From an uncultured Gemmatimonadota bacterium (GTDB lineage: Bacteria; GCA-2686955): a DNA stretch of 33,624 nucleotides. The DNA lies in assembly GCA_964490075.1 (NCBI GenBank), contig CAZBBK010000065.1, positions 1-33,624 of the forward strand, in the 5' to 3' direction. Under the pieces are notes generated by a model. The model did not search any database. It saw only the letters and a program-made list of their open reading frames with translations, and was not told the origin of the DNA. Below are positions 11,945-21,161 of the stretch, piece by piece; within the stretch, counting starts at the first letter, position 1; the number at the start of each line of letters is the position of its first letter. A program made the position numbers and the translations under genes.

Positions 11945-12533
11945 TCCTGCCGGCGCAGCGCTCGCGGAGCTGGAGCACCAGGTGCTCGAGCGCGTCGATC
12001 GGAGTCTCCACGACCAGGCGCACGCCGGCGCCGTAGCGCGCCTCGGTCGGCTCCAGGGCGTGCGCCGCGAGCACCGCGTCGACGGCGCCCGATCGGGAGT
12101 AGTCGAAGCTCAGCGCGAGCGCCGTGGTGCGAGGCAGCTCGACGATCTCGGCCCGCTCCAGGGCCGCCGCCAGCGCGCCCGCGTAGGCCCGCGCCAGTCC
12201 GCCCCGGCCGAGCTTGGTGCCGCCGAAGTAGCGGGTGACGACCGCGGCCACGCGCACCAGCTCGCGGCCGCTGAGGCGATCGAGCATCGGGCGTCCCGCC
12301 GAGCCCGAGGGCTCCCCGGCATCGGAGTAGCGAAAGCCGTCGTCCCGGTCGCTGAGACGCCAGGCATAGCAGTTGTGGGTGGCGTCGGCGAAGCGCCGTC
12401 GAATCGCGGCGATGAAACGCTGCGCCGCATCCACGTCGCCGACCGGCGCCAGGTGGGCGATGAAGCGCGAGCCTCGGACCTTCTCGCCCTCGAAGCTGAG
12501 GGGCGCGGCGATGGTGCGGATCGGGGAGCTCAT
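11904..12533 (-). CDS. yigZ: YigZ/IMPACT family protein
   Basis: SRFIAHL, DATHNCYAW, SDAGEPSGSAGRPML, VVTRYFGGTKLGRGGLARAY. Confidence 0.93.
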   Translation of the reverse strand: MSSPIRTIAAPLSFEGEKVRGSRFIAHLAPVGDVDAAQRFIAAIRRRFADATHNCYAWRLSDRDDGFRYSDAGEPSGSAGRPMLDRLSGRELVRVAAVVTRYFGGTKLGRGGLARAYAGALAAALERAEIVELPRTTALALSFDYSRSGAVDAVLAAHALEPTEARYGAGVRLVVETPIDALEHLVLQLRERCAGRITIAEAGEADEQP

Positions 12534-12648
12534 GGGGATGGGAGAGGAGGGCCCCGCGAGGACGCCGGGACCCTCGGATTGGAGATCTCGTTCGCAGGCC
12601 CGATCTACTGTACCGTTACCATGCGCAATAGCGTCTGGAGATCCGATT

Positions 12649-14724
12649 TTGACCGGTCAGCTCATTTATCCGCTCGCCTGCGTCGCCTCGGCGACCCTCT
12701 TCGCGTGCACCGGCCCAACCCCGCAGACCCCTGAGGAGGAGCTCCCGAAGAGCGCGCCGAGATACCTGGAGCTGGGCGATCTGCCGGAAATACAATCCCA
12801 CGGTCTGCTGCGCGTTCTGACGATCAACCAGGTGCCCCGGGCCCAAGGCGCGGCGAGCGCCCATTTCGATGGCGCCCTGCTCGATGCATTCGCCCGGCAG
12901 AAAGACCTCGAGCTCGACTGGATACACGTGCACCGAGCCGGCGAGCTGGTCCCCCGCCTGCTCGAGGGCCGGGGCGATCTGATCGTCTCCGAGGCACCGC
13001 TCACCCTCGGCGAACGCCGCCGCATCGCGCAGACCGTGCCGGTCGCCAGCGTCCATGCCCGCGTCGCCGCACGTGTGGGCGAGTCGGTCGACACGCCCGC
13101 CAGCCTGGCCGATCGCCGCGTCGCCGCGCGCCCCTTCCACGAGGGCTGGGAGGCCTTCGAAGAGCTGCGCTCCGACCACCCCGGCATCCGCCTGGAGCGC
13201 ATCGTCGACACCGTGACCGAGCGCGAGCTGCTGCAGCGGGTGGCCGACGGACGCTACGACATCGCCCTCTCGGACGACCGTTCGATCGCCGCCGCCATCG
13301 ATGCTGGGTTGCCCTTGCTGCCGGGACTGTCGATCGGTCGCCCGCGACTGCTCCGTTGGAGCGTGCGCCCCGGCGCCGCGGCGCTGGTGGCGGCGCTCGA
13401 CCGCTTCCTGAACCAGAGCCAGGTGCTGACCGCGCCGCGCGAGCTCTTCCTGGACGACCTGGCCGGAATCCGCCGCCGCGGCACCCTGCGCGTGCTGACC
13501 CGCAACAGCCCGGCGAGCTACTACGTCTGGCGCGGGCGCCTCATGGGCTTCGAGTACGAGCTCTGCCGCAGGTTCGCCAAGAAACAGCGGTTGGCCATCG
13601 AGATGGTGGTTCCGCCGCCGGAGGCTGACCTGATCGACTGGCTGCTGGAGGGGAAGGGCGACATGGTCGCGGCCTCGCTGGCGATCACCCAGGAACGGAT
13701 CGAGCGCGGCGTCGCCTTCACCCGCCGCTACCACCAGGCGGTCGAGAAGATCATCGCCCGCCACGACGACCCGCTGCGCTCGGTCGAAGAGCTCGGCGGC
13801 CGGACGGTCGTGGTCAACCCCGCCAGCTCCTACTGGAAGAGCGTGGAGCGCGTGCAGCGATCCGGCATCGACGTGACGCTCGAACCGCCCCCCGAGCCGC
13901 TGGGCACCGACGAAATCATCTCGCGAGTGGCCGACGGGGAGTTCGACCTCAGCGTCGCCGACAGCCACATCGCCGCGCTGGAGATGGCCTGGCGCGACGA
14001 CATCGTCGCCCGCGTCGACATCGGCGCTCCGGTCGACCACGGCTGGGCGGTGCGGGCCGCCAGCTCAGAGCTGCTGGCCGCGCTCGACGGCTTCATCGGC
14101 AACGAGTATCGCGGCCTGTTCTACAACGTGGTCTACGATCGCTACTTCAAGGCCAGCGAGGGAGGCGCGGCCTTGCCCGCCGAGGCACGCGCCGAGGAGC
14201 AGCTCTCGCCCTGGGACGACCTGGTTCGCAGCTACGCCTCGAGCTACGGCTTCGACTGGCGTCTGGTGGTCGCCCAGATGTGCCAGGAGAGCCGCTTCGA
14301 TCCCCAGGCCCGCTCCACCAACGGCGCCCTGGGCCTGATGCAGATGCTGCCGCGCACCGCGGGGCAGCTCGGCTTCGGCGATCTGCACGATCCCGAGACC
14401 GGGATTCACGCCGGCGTGAAGTACCTCGCTTGGCTGCGCGACCGCTTCGAATCCGACCTGACGGTCCACGATCGCACCTGGTTCGCGCTGGCCGCCTACA
14501 ACGCCGGCTACGGCCACGTGGAAGACGCGCGGAGGCTGGCGCTCGAGCTCGGCCTCGATCGAGATCGCTGGTTCAGCAACGTGGAGCGGGCGATGCTGCT
14601 GCTGTCCCGTCCGGACTATGCCCAGGGGGCCCGCTACGGATACTGCCGGGGTCGCGAGCCGGTCGCCTATGTGCGCCGCATCCGCGACCGCTTCGCGGCC
14701 TACACTCGAACCGCCGAGTCCTGA
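12649..14724 (+). CDS. MltF-like lytic transglycosylase lipoprotein with two solute-binding domains
   Basis: TTG start after GGAG, lipobox LFAC, two DL..I...G.LRVLT repeats, SLT motifs QESRF, GALGLMQ, ALAAYNAGYGHV. Confidence 0.88.
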   Translation: MTGQLIYPLACVASATLFACTGPTPQTPEEELPKSAPRYLELGDLPEIQSHGLLRVLTINQVPRAQGAASAHFDGALLDAFARQKDLELDWIHVHRAGELVPRLLEGRGDLIVSEAPLTLGERRRIAQTVPVASVHARVAARVGESVDTPASLADRRVAARPFHEGWEAFEELRSDHPGIRLERIVDTVTERELLQRVADGRYDIALSDDRSIAAAIDAGLPLLPGLSIGRPRLLRWSVRPGAAALVAALDRFLNQSQVLTAPRELFLDDLAGIRRRGTLRVLTRNSPASYYVWRGRLMGFEYELCRRFAKKQRLAIEMVVPPPEADLIDWLLEGKGDMVAASLAITQERIERGVAFTRRYHQAVEKIIARHDDPLRSVEELGGRTVVVNPASSYWKSVERVQRSGIDVTLEPPPEPLGTDEIISRVADGEFDLSVADSHIAALEMAWRDDIVARVDIGAPVDHGWAVRAASSELLAALDGFIGNEYRGLFYNVVYDRYFKASEGGAALPAEARAEEQLSPWDDLVRSYASSYGFDWRLVVAQMCQESRFDPQARSTNGALGLMQMLPRTAGQLGFGDLHDPETGIHAGVKYLAWLRDRFESDLTVHDRTWFALAAYNAGYGHVEDARRLALELGLDRDRWFSNVERAMLLLSRPDYAQGARYGYCRGREPVAYVRRIRDRFAAYTRTAES

Positions 14725-14767
14725 AAAAAGCGCGAACTCTACCGATCACCCATCCAGGAGCCTCGCC

Positions 14768-15358
14768 ATGACTTCCACCGCCATCCCGAACACGGTCACT
14801 CCCGAGCGTCTCGACGCCCTGGCGGCGCATCTCGACTCCCTCAGCGACGAGGCGCGGGTGCGTTTCGTGCGCGCCCTGGGCGCGAAGACCCAGGCGCGGC
14901 TCTGGGAGGCGGCGGAGGGCAGGCCCGCGTCGCTGAACGACCTGGTGCCGCCCTCGGTGGGGCCGGGCGTCGAGGTGATCCACCGCGGAAAGAACAGCCT
15001 GCCTCTCTTGTCCCACTTCGAAAAGCGCTTCTGTCGATCCGTGGAGCGTGACGACACGCTCTTCGGCTACAACGAGGGACCGACGCGAGACCTTGTCGGA
15101 CCCGGCTATTTCGTGGTTCACTCCACATCTGGGTGCGAGGAGATCGCGGTCGACTACCGCGAGGTGCCGGCGGCGCACGACGCGCTACCCCTGGGATGGC
15201 CCGAGGTGAGGGAGAACGGGCTCGGCCTTCAGAAGCTGGTGTACGCCAACATGGTGGACCATATGCGCCGCATCTCCCGGCACGTGACGATCGGGCGTGC
15301 GACGCGCGAGGGCCGTGTGACCAACAACTTCTTTCTGCTCTGCAGGGTTGGGGACTGA
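14768..15358 (+). CDS. Hypothetical protein
   Basis: ATG after AGGAG; globular-looking sequence (GKNSLP..SHFEKRFCR, GYNEG, VGPGYF); no family recognised. Confidence 0.75.
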   Translation: MTSTAIPNTVTPERLDALAAHLDSLSDEARVRFVRALGAKTQARLWEAAEGRPASLNDLVPPSVGPGVEVIHRGKNSLPLLSHFEKRFCRSVERDDTLFGYNEGPTRDLVGPGYFVVHSTSGCEEIAVDYREVPAAHDALPLGWPEVRENGLGLQKLVYANMVDHMRRISRHVTIGRATREGRVTNNFFLLCRVGD

Positions 15359-15391
15359 TCGTTCCGACCCGGCGAGCTCCGGGGCAGCAGC

Positions 15392-16150
15392 TTGCGGATT
15401 TCGCCCATACCTCGGGCCTTCGTGGTCGGCGCATCGGGCTACACCGGCCGCGCGGTGGTGCGCGAGCTGCTGCGCCGGCGCGTCGAAGTCATCGCCCACG
15501 TGCGACCCGATTCACCGTACCTGGAGCACTGCCGCGAGGAGTTCGCCGAGGCCGGCGCCACGGTCGACACCACGCCCTGGAAGAGCCAGCCGATGCGCGA
15601 CGCGCTGGAGCGGGCGCGGCCCTCGCACGTCTTCTCGCTGCTCGGCACCACCCGGGCGCGGGCGCGCACAGCCCGCGGCCGGGGTGAGGGCGCGCCCAGC
15701 TACGACTCGGTCGACTATGGCCTCACCGCTCTTCTGATCGAGGCCTGCGCGGCACTGCACCCGCCGCCGCGCTTCATCTACCTTTCCGCCTCCGGAGTCC
15801 CGACTCTGAGCGCCCGCCCACCGCTCGGCAGCTACTACCGGGCGCGCTGGAAGGCGGAGCAAGACCTGGACGCCAGCGGCCTGCGGGCGGTGATCGCGCG
15901 CCCCGGCTTCATCACCGGCGGCGATCGGGAGGAGTTTCGCCCCCTCGAACGGCTCGGCGCCCTGCTGTTGGACGCGGCCTTGCGCATCGCCGGCGCCACC
16001 GGTCTGAAGGGCCTGCGAGAGCGCCATCGCTCCTTCACCGCCGCGGAGCTGGCCGAGGCCCTGGTCTCGCTCGCGCTGACCGATCGGGGCGGGCTCTTCC
16101 ACGGCGGCATACTGCGCCGCTACGTGCGCGGTGGCGCGCGCACTTCCTGA
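15392..16150 (+). CDS. NAD(P)-binding Rossmann-fold protein (atypical SDR)
   Basis: FVVGASGYTGRAVV, LLGTT, VDYG, IARPGFITG. Confidence 0.85.
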   Translation: MRISPIPRAFVVGASGYTGRAVVRELLRRRVEVIAHVRPDSPYLEHCREEFAEAGATVDTTPWKSQPMRDALERARPSHVFSLLGTTRARARTARGRGEGAPSYDSVDYGLTALLIEACAALHPPPRFIYLSASGVPTLSARPPLGSYYRARWKAEQDLDASGLRAVIARPGFITGGDREEFRPLERLGALLLDAALRIAGATGLKGLRERHRSFTAAELAEALVSLALTDRGGLFHGGILRRYVRGGARTS

Positions 16151-17419
16151 TCAAAGACAGCGCGCCGCGATCAACCAGACGGTCCGATACCAACGCAGCA
16201 TCTCCGGCGTCACGAAGGGTTTGCCGGTGGTGATCAGGCACACGCTGATATCGCGCTCCGGATCGGCGTAGGCCAGTATGTAGCTGAACCCCAGGTGCCC
16301 GAAAGCCTGGGGAGTCCCGGGTCCGTAGAGGCTCACGTAGCGTGCGCCGAGCATGAAGCCCATCCCGTAGCGCGTCGGCACGCTCAGAGTCCAGTCGAAG
16401 TCGAGATAGGTCTGCTCGGCGACGGCGCGCGCCACGGTGCGCGGGCTCAGGATCCGCACTCCGTCGAGGCTGCCGCGTCGCAGCAGAAGTTCGAAGAAGC
16501 GGCCGATATCGGATGGCGTCCCGATCACGTTGCCGGCTGGAACCAGACCGGTGAGGATGCGCGGATCGTTGGAAACGTCTCCGACCTGGCGAATGGTGGC
16601 GCCGAGAGAGCGCTCCAGCAACCAGCTATAGGGTGGCAAGGGGGGAAAGCCGGTGAAGGCGTTGCGGGCGACGTTCGGGATCTGCTCCGGCCTCACCCCG
16701 TAGCCCATCCGCTCGATGCCGATCGGCTCCAGGATCCAGGTGCGCAGCACGGCGCGGATGTCCTCCCCGGTGACCCGCCGCACCACCTCGCCCAGCAAGA
16801 AGCCGCCGGTCAGGGCGTGGTAGGCGAGCACCCGCCCGGGTCGCCAGACCGGTTTGGCGTCGCACAGGATCGCCAGCGCCAGGTCGGGATCGCCCAGTGC
16901 CTTCAGCCCTTCGGTGCCGGAGTGGCCGGCCGGGATGTTGGGAATCCCTGCGCGGTGGGTCAGAACGTGGCGGATGGTGATCCGCTCCTTGCCGTGGCGG
17001 CCGAACTCGGGGATGTACTCGGCGACCGGGTCGTCGATGTGCAGGTAGCCCTGCTCGTCGAGCAGGTGGATCACGGTCGCGGTGATCGCCTTCGAGGCGG
17101 AGAAGATGTTGTAGAGCGTGCTCGGAGTGGCCGGCACCAGGTCGGCGTCGCGCGGATCGCCCGGGCAGTTGCCGGCCGCATGGCCGATGGCCCGGTCGAT
17201 GACCACCTGGCCGCGGCGCCGCAGACACAGGGCCACGGCGGGATGCAGGCGGGTCCGGTAGATGTCCTCGACCGAGCGCCAGATCTCGTCGACATCCTCC
17301 TCGCTCAGCCCGCCGGCCTCCGCCTCCACCTCCTGGCTGCCCTCCAGGCTGGTGACCTCGGCGGGATCGAAGGCTCGCACCCAGCGGGGCAGATAGTCGA
17401 GGGGACTCGGGATGCGCAT
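16151..17419 (-). CDS. Serine hydrolase, beta-lactamase-like family (esterase)
   Basis: FSASK (SxxK), VLTHRAG, AYHALT, FGHLG. Likely start MRIPSP at 17419. Confidence 0.9.
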   Translation of the reverse strand: MRIPSPLDYLPRWVRAFDPAEVTSLEGSQEVEAEAGGLSEEDVDEIWRSVEDIYRTRLHPAVALCLRRRGQVVIDRAIGHAAGNCPGDPRDADLVPATPSTLYNIFSASKAITATVIHLLDEQGYLHIDDPVAEYIPEFGRHGKERITIRHVLTHRAGIPNIPAGHSGTEGLKALGDPDLALAILCDAKPVWRPGRVLAYHALTGGFLLGEVVRRVTGEDIRAVLRTWILEPIGIERMGYGVRPEQIPNVARNAFTGFPPLPPYSWLLERSLGATIRQVGDVSNDPRILTGLVPAGNVIGTPSDIGRFFELLLRRGSLDGVRILSPRTVARAVAEQTYLDFDWTLSVPTRYGMGFMLGARYVSLYGPGTPQAFGHLGFSYILAYADPERDISVCLITTGKPFVTPEMLRWYRTVWLIAARCL

Positions 17420-17600
17420 CGCCGCTTTCCGTGGTTTTCGTACCAGCGCTCGGTTCGCGATTCGACCTGCTCGGGGCTGACGAGTATGGCACGGTGGGGA
17501 GCGGTTCCGGCAAGGATGCCGACAAAGCGCTCTGGCCTCCAACGACACGGCTCGTTATCATCGTCCACTTACATGCCAGGATCGAAAGGAGGCACCAGCC

Positions 17601-18350
17601 GTGGATCTTGGACTAAAAGGCAAAGGCGCGATCGTCACGGGCGGAAGCCTGGGGATCGGCCAGGCCACCGCGCTCAAGCTGGCCCAAGCGGGCTGCAACG
17701 TCGCGATCAACTACCGCCGCCACGACACCGAGGCCAAGCAGGTGGTGCAGCGGATCGAGGAGATGGGCGCCAAAGGACTGGCGATCAAGGCTGACGTTTC
17801 GAGCTATGCCGACGCCGAGCGGATGGTGGAGCGCGTGGTCGACGAGTTCGGCAGCTTCGATATTCTGGTCTGCAACGCCGGCATCACCTGGGACGGGATG
17901 ATCTGGAAGATGTCGGAAGAGCAGTTCGACCAGGTGATCACCGTCAATCTCAAGGGCTATTTCAACTACAACAAAGTCGCCGCGATCCATTTCAAGGACC
18001 ACAAGTACGGCAAGATCGTAAATGTGTCGTCTATCAACGGAATGCGCGGCAAGGCGGGCCAGGCCAACTACGCCGCGTCGAAGGGGGGCGAGATCGCGTT
18101 GTCGAAATCGCTCGCCAAAGAGCTCGGGCGCTTCAACATCAACGTAAATGTGGTGGCGCCAGGAATGGTGCTCACGGAAATGATGGCCCAGGTCCCGCCC
18201 GAGTTCAAAAACGTCGCGATGAACGAGACCGTCGTCGGCCGGTTCGCCAGCCCTGACGACGTGGCCAATCTGACCGCGTTCCTGTGTTCCGACCTGTCGC
18301 GACATATCACCGGCGAGGTGATCAAGATCGACGGTGGACAGTACATCTAG
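17601..18350 (+). CDS. SDR oxidoreductase, FabG/3-oxoacyl reductase-like
   Basis: TGGSLGIG, CNAG, NVSS, YAASK, IDGG. GTG follows AAAGGAGG. Confidence 0.93.
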   Translation: MDLGLKGKGAIVTGGSLGIGQATALKLAQAGCNVAINYRRHDTEAKQVVQRIEEMGAKGLAIKADVSSYADAERMVERVVDEFGSFDILVCNAGITWDGMIWKMSEEQFDQVITVNLKGYFNYNKVAAIHFKDHKYGKIVNVSSINGMRGKAGQANYAASKGGEIALSKSLAKELGRFNINVNVVAPGMVLTEMMAQVPPEFKNVAMNETVVGRFASPDDVANLTAFLCSDLSRHITGEVIKIDGGQYI

Positions 18351-18371
18351 CCCGCCCGGGCGGAGGATCCC

Positions 18372-19526
18372 ATGTCACGAGTAGGAGTCATCGGAGCCGG
18401 CCACGGAGTGTTCGGCCGGCGCAGCGACGCCACCGTTCAAGAGCTGGCCTTCGAGGCCTTTCGAACGGCGATGGCCGATGCCGGCATCGAGCGCGGCATG
18501 CTCGACGCCTCGGTGGTGGCCGCGGTGCCGGAGTACCACAAGCAGCGCTCGGTCGCCGGCGTGGTGCAGGAGTATCTCAACCTCAACCCCTTGCCCACCT
18601 GGCTCACCGAGGTGGCCTGCGCCTCGGGCAGCGCCGCGCTGCGCACCGCCTGGATGGCGATCCGCTCGGGGCTGCACGACGTGGTGGCGGTCATCGGCTG
18701 CCAGAAGATGACCGAAATGGAGACCGCGGAGATCCTGGCCCTGATGGGCAGAGTCGGCGAGGTGCAGTGGGAGTCGGTGTTCGGCACCACCTTCCCCGGC
18801 TACTACGCGATGTTCGCCAACCGCCACATGCACGAGTTCGGCACCACCCACGAGCAGATGCTAGCGGTCGCTGAAAAGAACCACTACTACGGCGCCCGCA
18901 ACCCCAACGCCCTGTTCCGCAAGGAGATCACCCTCGAAAAGGCGCTCGCCTCCGACCCGGTCTCTTCTCCATTCTGCGTCTACGACTGCTGCGCCAACGC
19001 CGACGGCGCCGCCTGCCTGATCCTGGCCCGCGAAGAGGTCGCCCGGGAGATCGGCGCTCCAACGGTCTGGCTGGACGGCGTCGGCTGCGCCACCGCCAGC
19101 ATGTCGGTGCTGCGCCGCCCTGACCTGGTCGGGCTGCCCTCGGCGCGCGACGCCGCTCAGCAGGCCTACGACATGGCCGGCGTGCGCGCCGCCGACGTCA
19201 AGGTGGCCGAGGTGCACGACTGCTTCACCATCGCCGAGATCATGGCCTACGAAGACCTCGGCTTCTGCGAGAAGGGCGAGGGCGGACGTTTCATCGACGA
19301 TCGCCAGTCGTACATCGGCGGCGAGGTCGCGGTCAACGTCGACGGCGGCCTGAAGGCCAAGGGGCACCCGATCGGCGCCACCGGCGTCTCGATGGCCTAC
19401 GAGATCGTGCGCCAGCTGCGCGGCGAATGTGCCGAGCGCCAGGTGCCGGATGCCGACGTCGGTCTGACCCACAACGTCGGCGGAATCGGGCAGTACACCT
19501 TCGTCCACGTCTTCAAGAGGGACTGA
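18372..19526 (+). CDS. Thiolase (SCP-x/archaeal-like acetyl-CoA acyltransferase)
   Basis: EVACASG catalytic Cys, DGAA, EVHDCF, GHPIGATG, HNVGG. Confidence 0.93.
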   Translation: MSRVGVIGAGHGVFGRRSDATVQELAFEAFRTAMADAGIERGMLDASVVAAVPEYHKQRSVAGVVQEYLNLNPLPTWLTEVACASGSAALRTAWMAIRSGLHDVVAVIGCQKMTEMETAEILALMGRVGEVQWESVFGTTFPGYYAMFANRHMHEFGTTHEQMLAVAEKNHYYGARNPNALFRKEITLEKALASDPVSSPFCVYDCCANADGAACLILAREEVAREIGAPTVWLDGVGCATASMSVLRRPDLVGLPSARDAAQQAYDMAGVRAADVKVAEVHDCFTIAEIMAYEDLGFCEKGEGGRFIDDRQSYIGGEVAVNVDGGLKAKGHPIGATGVSMAYEIVRQLRGECAERQVPDADVGLTHNVGGIGQYTFVHVFKRD

Positions 19527-19530
19527 AACG

Positions 19531-19989
19531 ATGTTCAGTTGGTTCGGCAAGGTCAGCTTCGTTCCTTACTCCAAGGTGGGGGATTTCGCCGTGCACCTGA
19601 AGGACGGCCGCCTGATGGGCTCGACCTGCGGGCGCTGCGGATTTCGCACCTTTCCTCCGCGCGCCGACTGTCCGGAGTGCATGAGCGACGATTTCTCGTT
19701 CACCGAGTACTCCGGCAAAGGCGAGGTCTACACCTACACCAAGACCGAAGCGGCCCCCACGGGATTCGACGACTACGCCCCCTACACCGTGGTGGTGGTC
19801 GAGCTCGAGGGCGGCGGACGCCTGGTCGGTTGGCTCGGCGACACCATTGCCGACGCCGATCTGCAAATCGGCAGTGCGGTGCAGGTCGTGCCCCGGGTCT
19901 GGGAGGAAGGCGAGGAGATCAAGGTCTACTTCACCGTCGAGCGGGCCGGCACCACCTGGCACCAGGCGCCGGAGCCGCATCTGGACTGA
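19531..19989 (+). CDS. Zn-ribbon/OB-fold (DUF35) thiolase partner
   Basis: CGRCG..FPPRADCPEC, GEVYTYT, PY.V.VVELE.G. Confidence 0.92.
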   Translation: MFSWFGKVSFVPYSKVGDFAVHLKDGRLMGSTCGRCGFRTFPPRADCPECMSDDFSFTEYSGKGEVYTYTKTEAAPTGFDDYAPYTVVVVELEGGGRLVGWLGDTIADADLQIGSAVQVVPRVWEEGEEIKVYFTVERAGTTWHQAPEPHLD

Positions 19990-20047
19990 TTCGGAGCAGG
20001 AGTTGGATCCCGAGCGAGAAGCCGCCCGACGCATCAAGGGGCGGATC

Positions 20048-21091
20048 GTGGCACGGCTGGTCAGCGAAAACCTGAGCAGTGCGAAAGCCCGGCGGCGGCG
20101 GCCTCGCTCGGCCGGCCCGTCGCCGCGGCGCCGCCCGATCTTGCTCCTTGCCCTCTCGATGGCCACCGCGGTCGTGCTGGTGGCCGGCGGCCGAGCGCTC
20201 TTGCGGCTCGGGTCGACCGGCCCTGACGACGCGCGAGCTTCGCTCGCGCAGCACTACGTCACGCCGCCAGCGCTCGCCCATCCCGCCCCCCCCACGCCTC
20301 TCTCCGCGACGCCTGGCGCCGGGAGCGGGGCCGCCGCTCGCTTTCTCGACTCAGACGAGCGCATGCCCCTGGCCGACCTCTTCCACCTCGGGGTGCGCCA
20401 CATCGTCATCGATCCCGGCCACGGCGGCCGCGATCCCGGCACCATCGGGCCGACCACCGGTCTGACCGAGAAGGACCTCACCCTCGACATCTGCCTGCGC
20501 CTGGCATCGCTCCTGGAAGCCGATCCGGAGCTTCGCGTGACCCTGACGCGCTCGACCGATTCCGAGCTCGGGCTGCGCCGGCGCGCCGAGATCGCCAACG
20601 CCGCGGCCGGCGACCTGTTCCTGAGCGTGCACATCAACTCGTTCGAGAACCCCGAGTTCCGGGGGATCGAGACCTTCTACCTGGGGTTCCCTACCGACGC
20701 CGGCGCCGAGCGCGTCGCGGCGCGAGAGAACGTCGAGGGGGAAGGGCGCATCGGCGAATTCGAAGCGCTGATCGCCAAGATGGGCGACACCCTCAAGGAG
20801 GAGGAGAGCGCTCTTCTCGCCCGGCGGCTCCAGAATCGGCTCTACCATGGGCTGGCGGAGGTTCGGGGCCCCTCGATCCGCAACTACGGAGTGCGGCAGG
20901 CCCCTTTCCTGGTGCTTCTCGACACCCGCATGCCGGCCGTCCTGGCCGAAGTTTCGCTGATGAGCGACCCCGCGGAAGAAGGCAGGCTGGCGCACGAGCC
21001 CTACCGCCACCAGATCGCGGACTTGCTTTCCGCGGGCATTCGGGACTATATCGAAGGGCTTGCTCGGCGCCGCCTGGCGGCGAGCGAGTGA
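20048..21091 (+). CDS. N-acetylmuramoyl-L-alanine amidase (Amidase_3)
   Basis: IVIDPGHGGRDPG, EKDLTL, FLSVHINS, MPAVLAEV. N-terminal basic stretch plus TM segment. Start uncertain. Confidence 0.92.
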   Translation: MARLVSENLSSAKARRRRPRSAGPSPRRRPILLLALSMATAVVLVAGGRALLRLGSTGPDDARASLAQHYVTPPALAHPAPPTPLSATPGAGSGAAARFLDSDERMPLADLFHLGVRHIVIDPGHGGRDPGTIGPTTGLTEKDLTLDICLRLASLLEADPELRVTLTRSTDSELGLRRRAEIANAAAGDLFLSVHINSFENPEFRGIETFYLGFPTDAGAERVAARENVEGEGRIGEFEALIAKMGDTLKEEESALLARRLQNRLYHGLAEVRGPSIRNYGVRQAPFLVLLDTRMPAVLAEVSLMSDPAEEGRLAHEPYRHQIADLLSAGIRDYIEGLARRRLAASE

Positions 21092-21161
21092 CGACCGACC
21101 GATCCAACGCAGACCATCCTCGCCGAAAGGGCCGCGGGTGCGGCCAGAGAGGGAACAGAAC

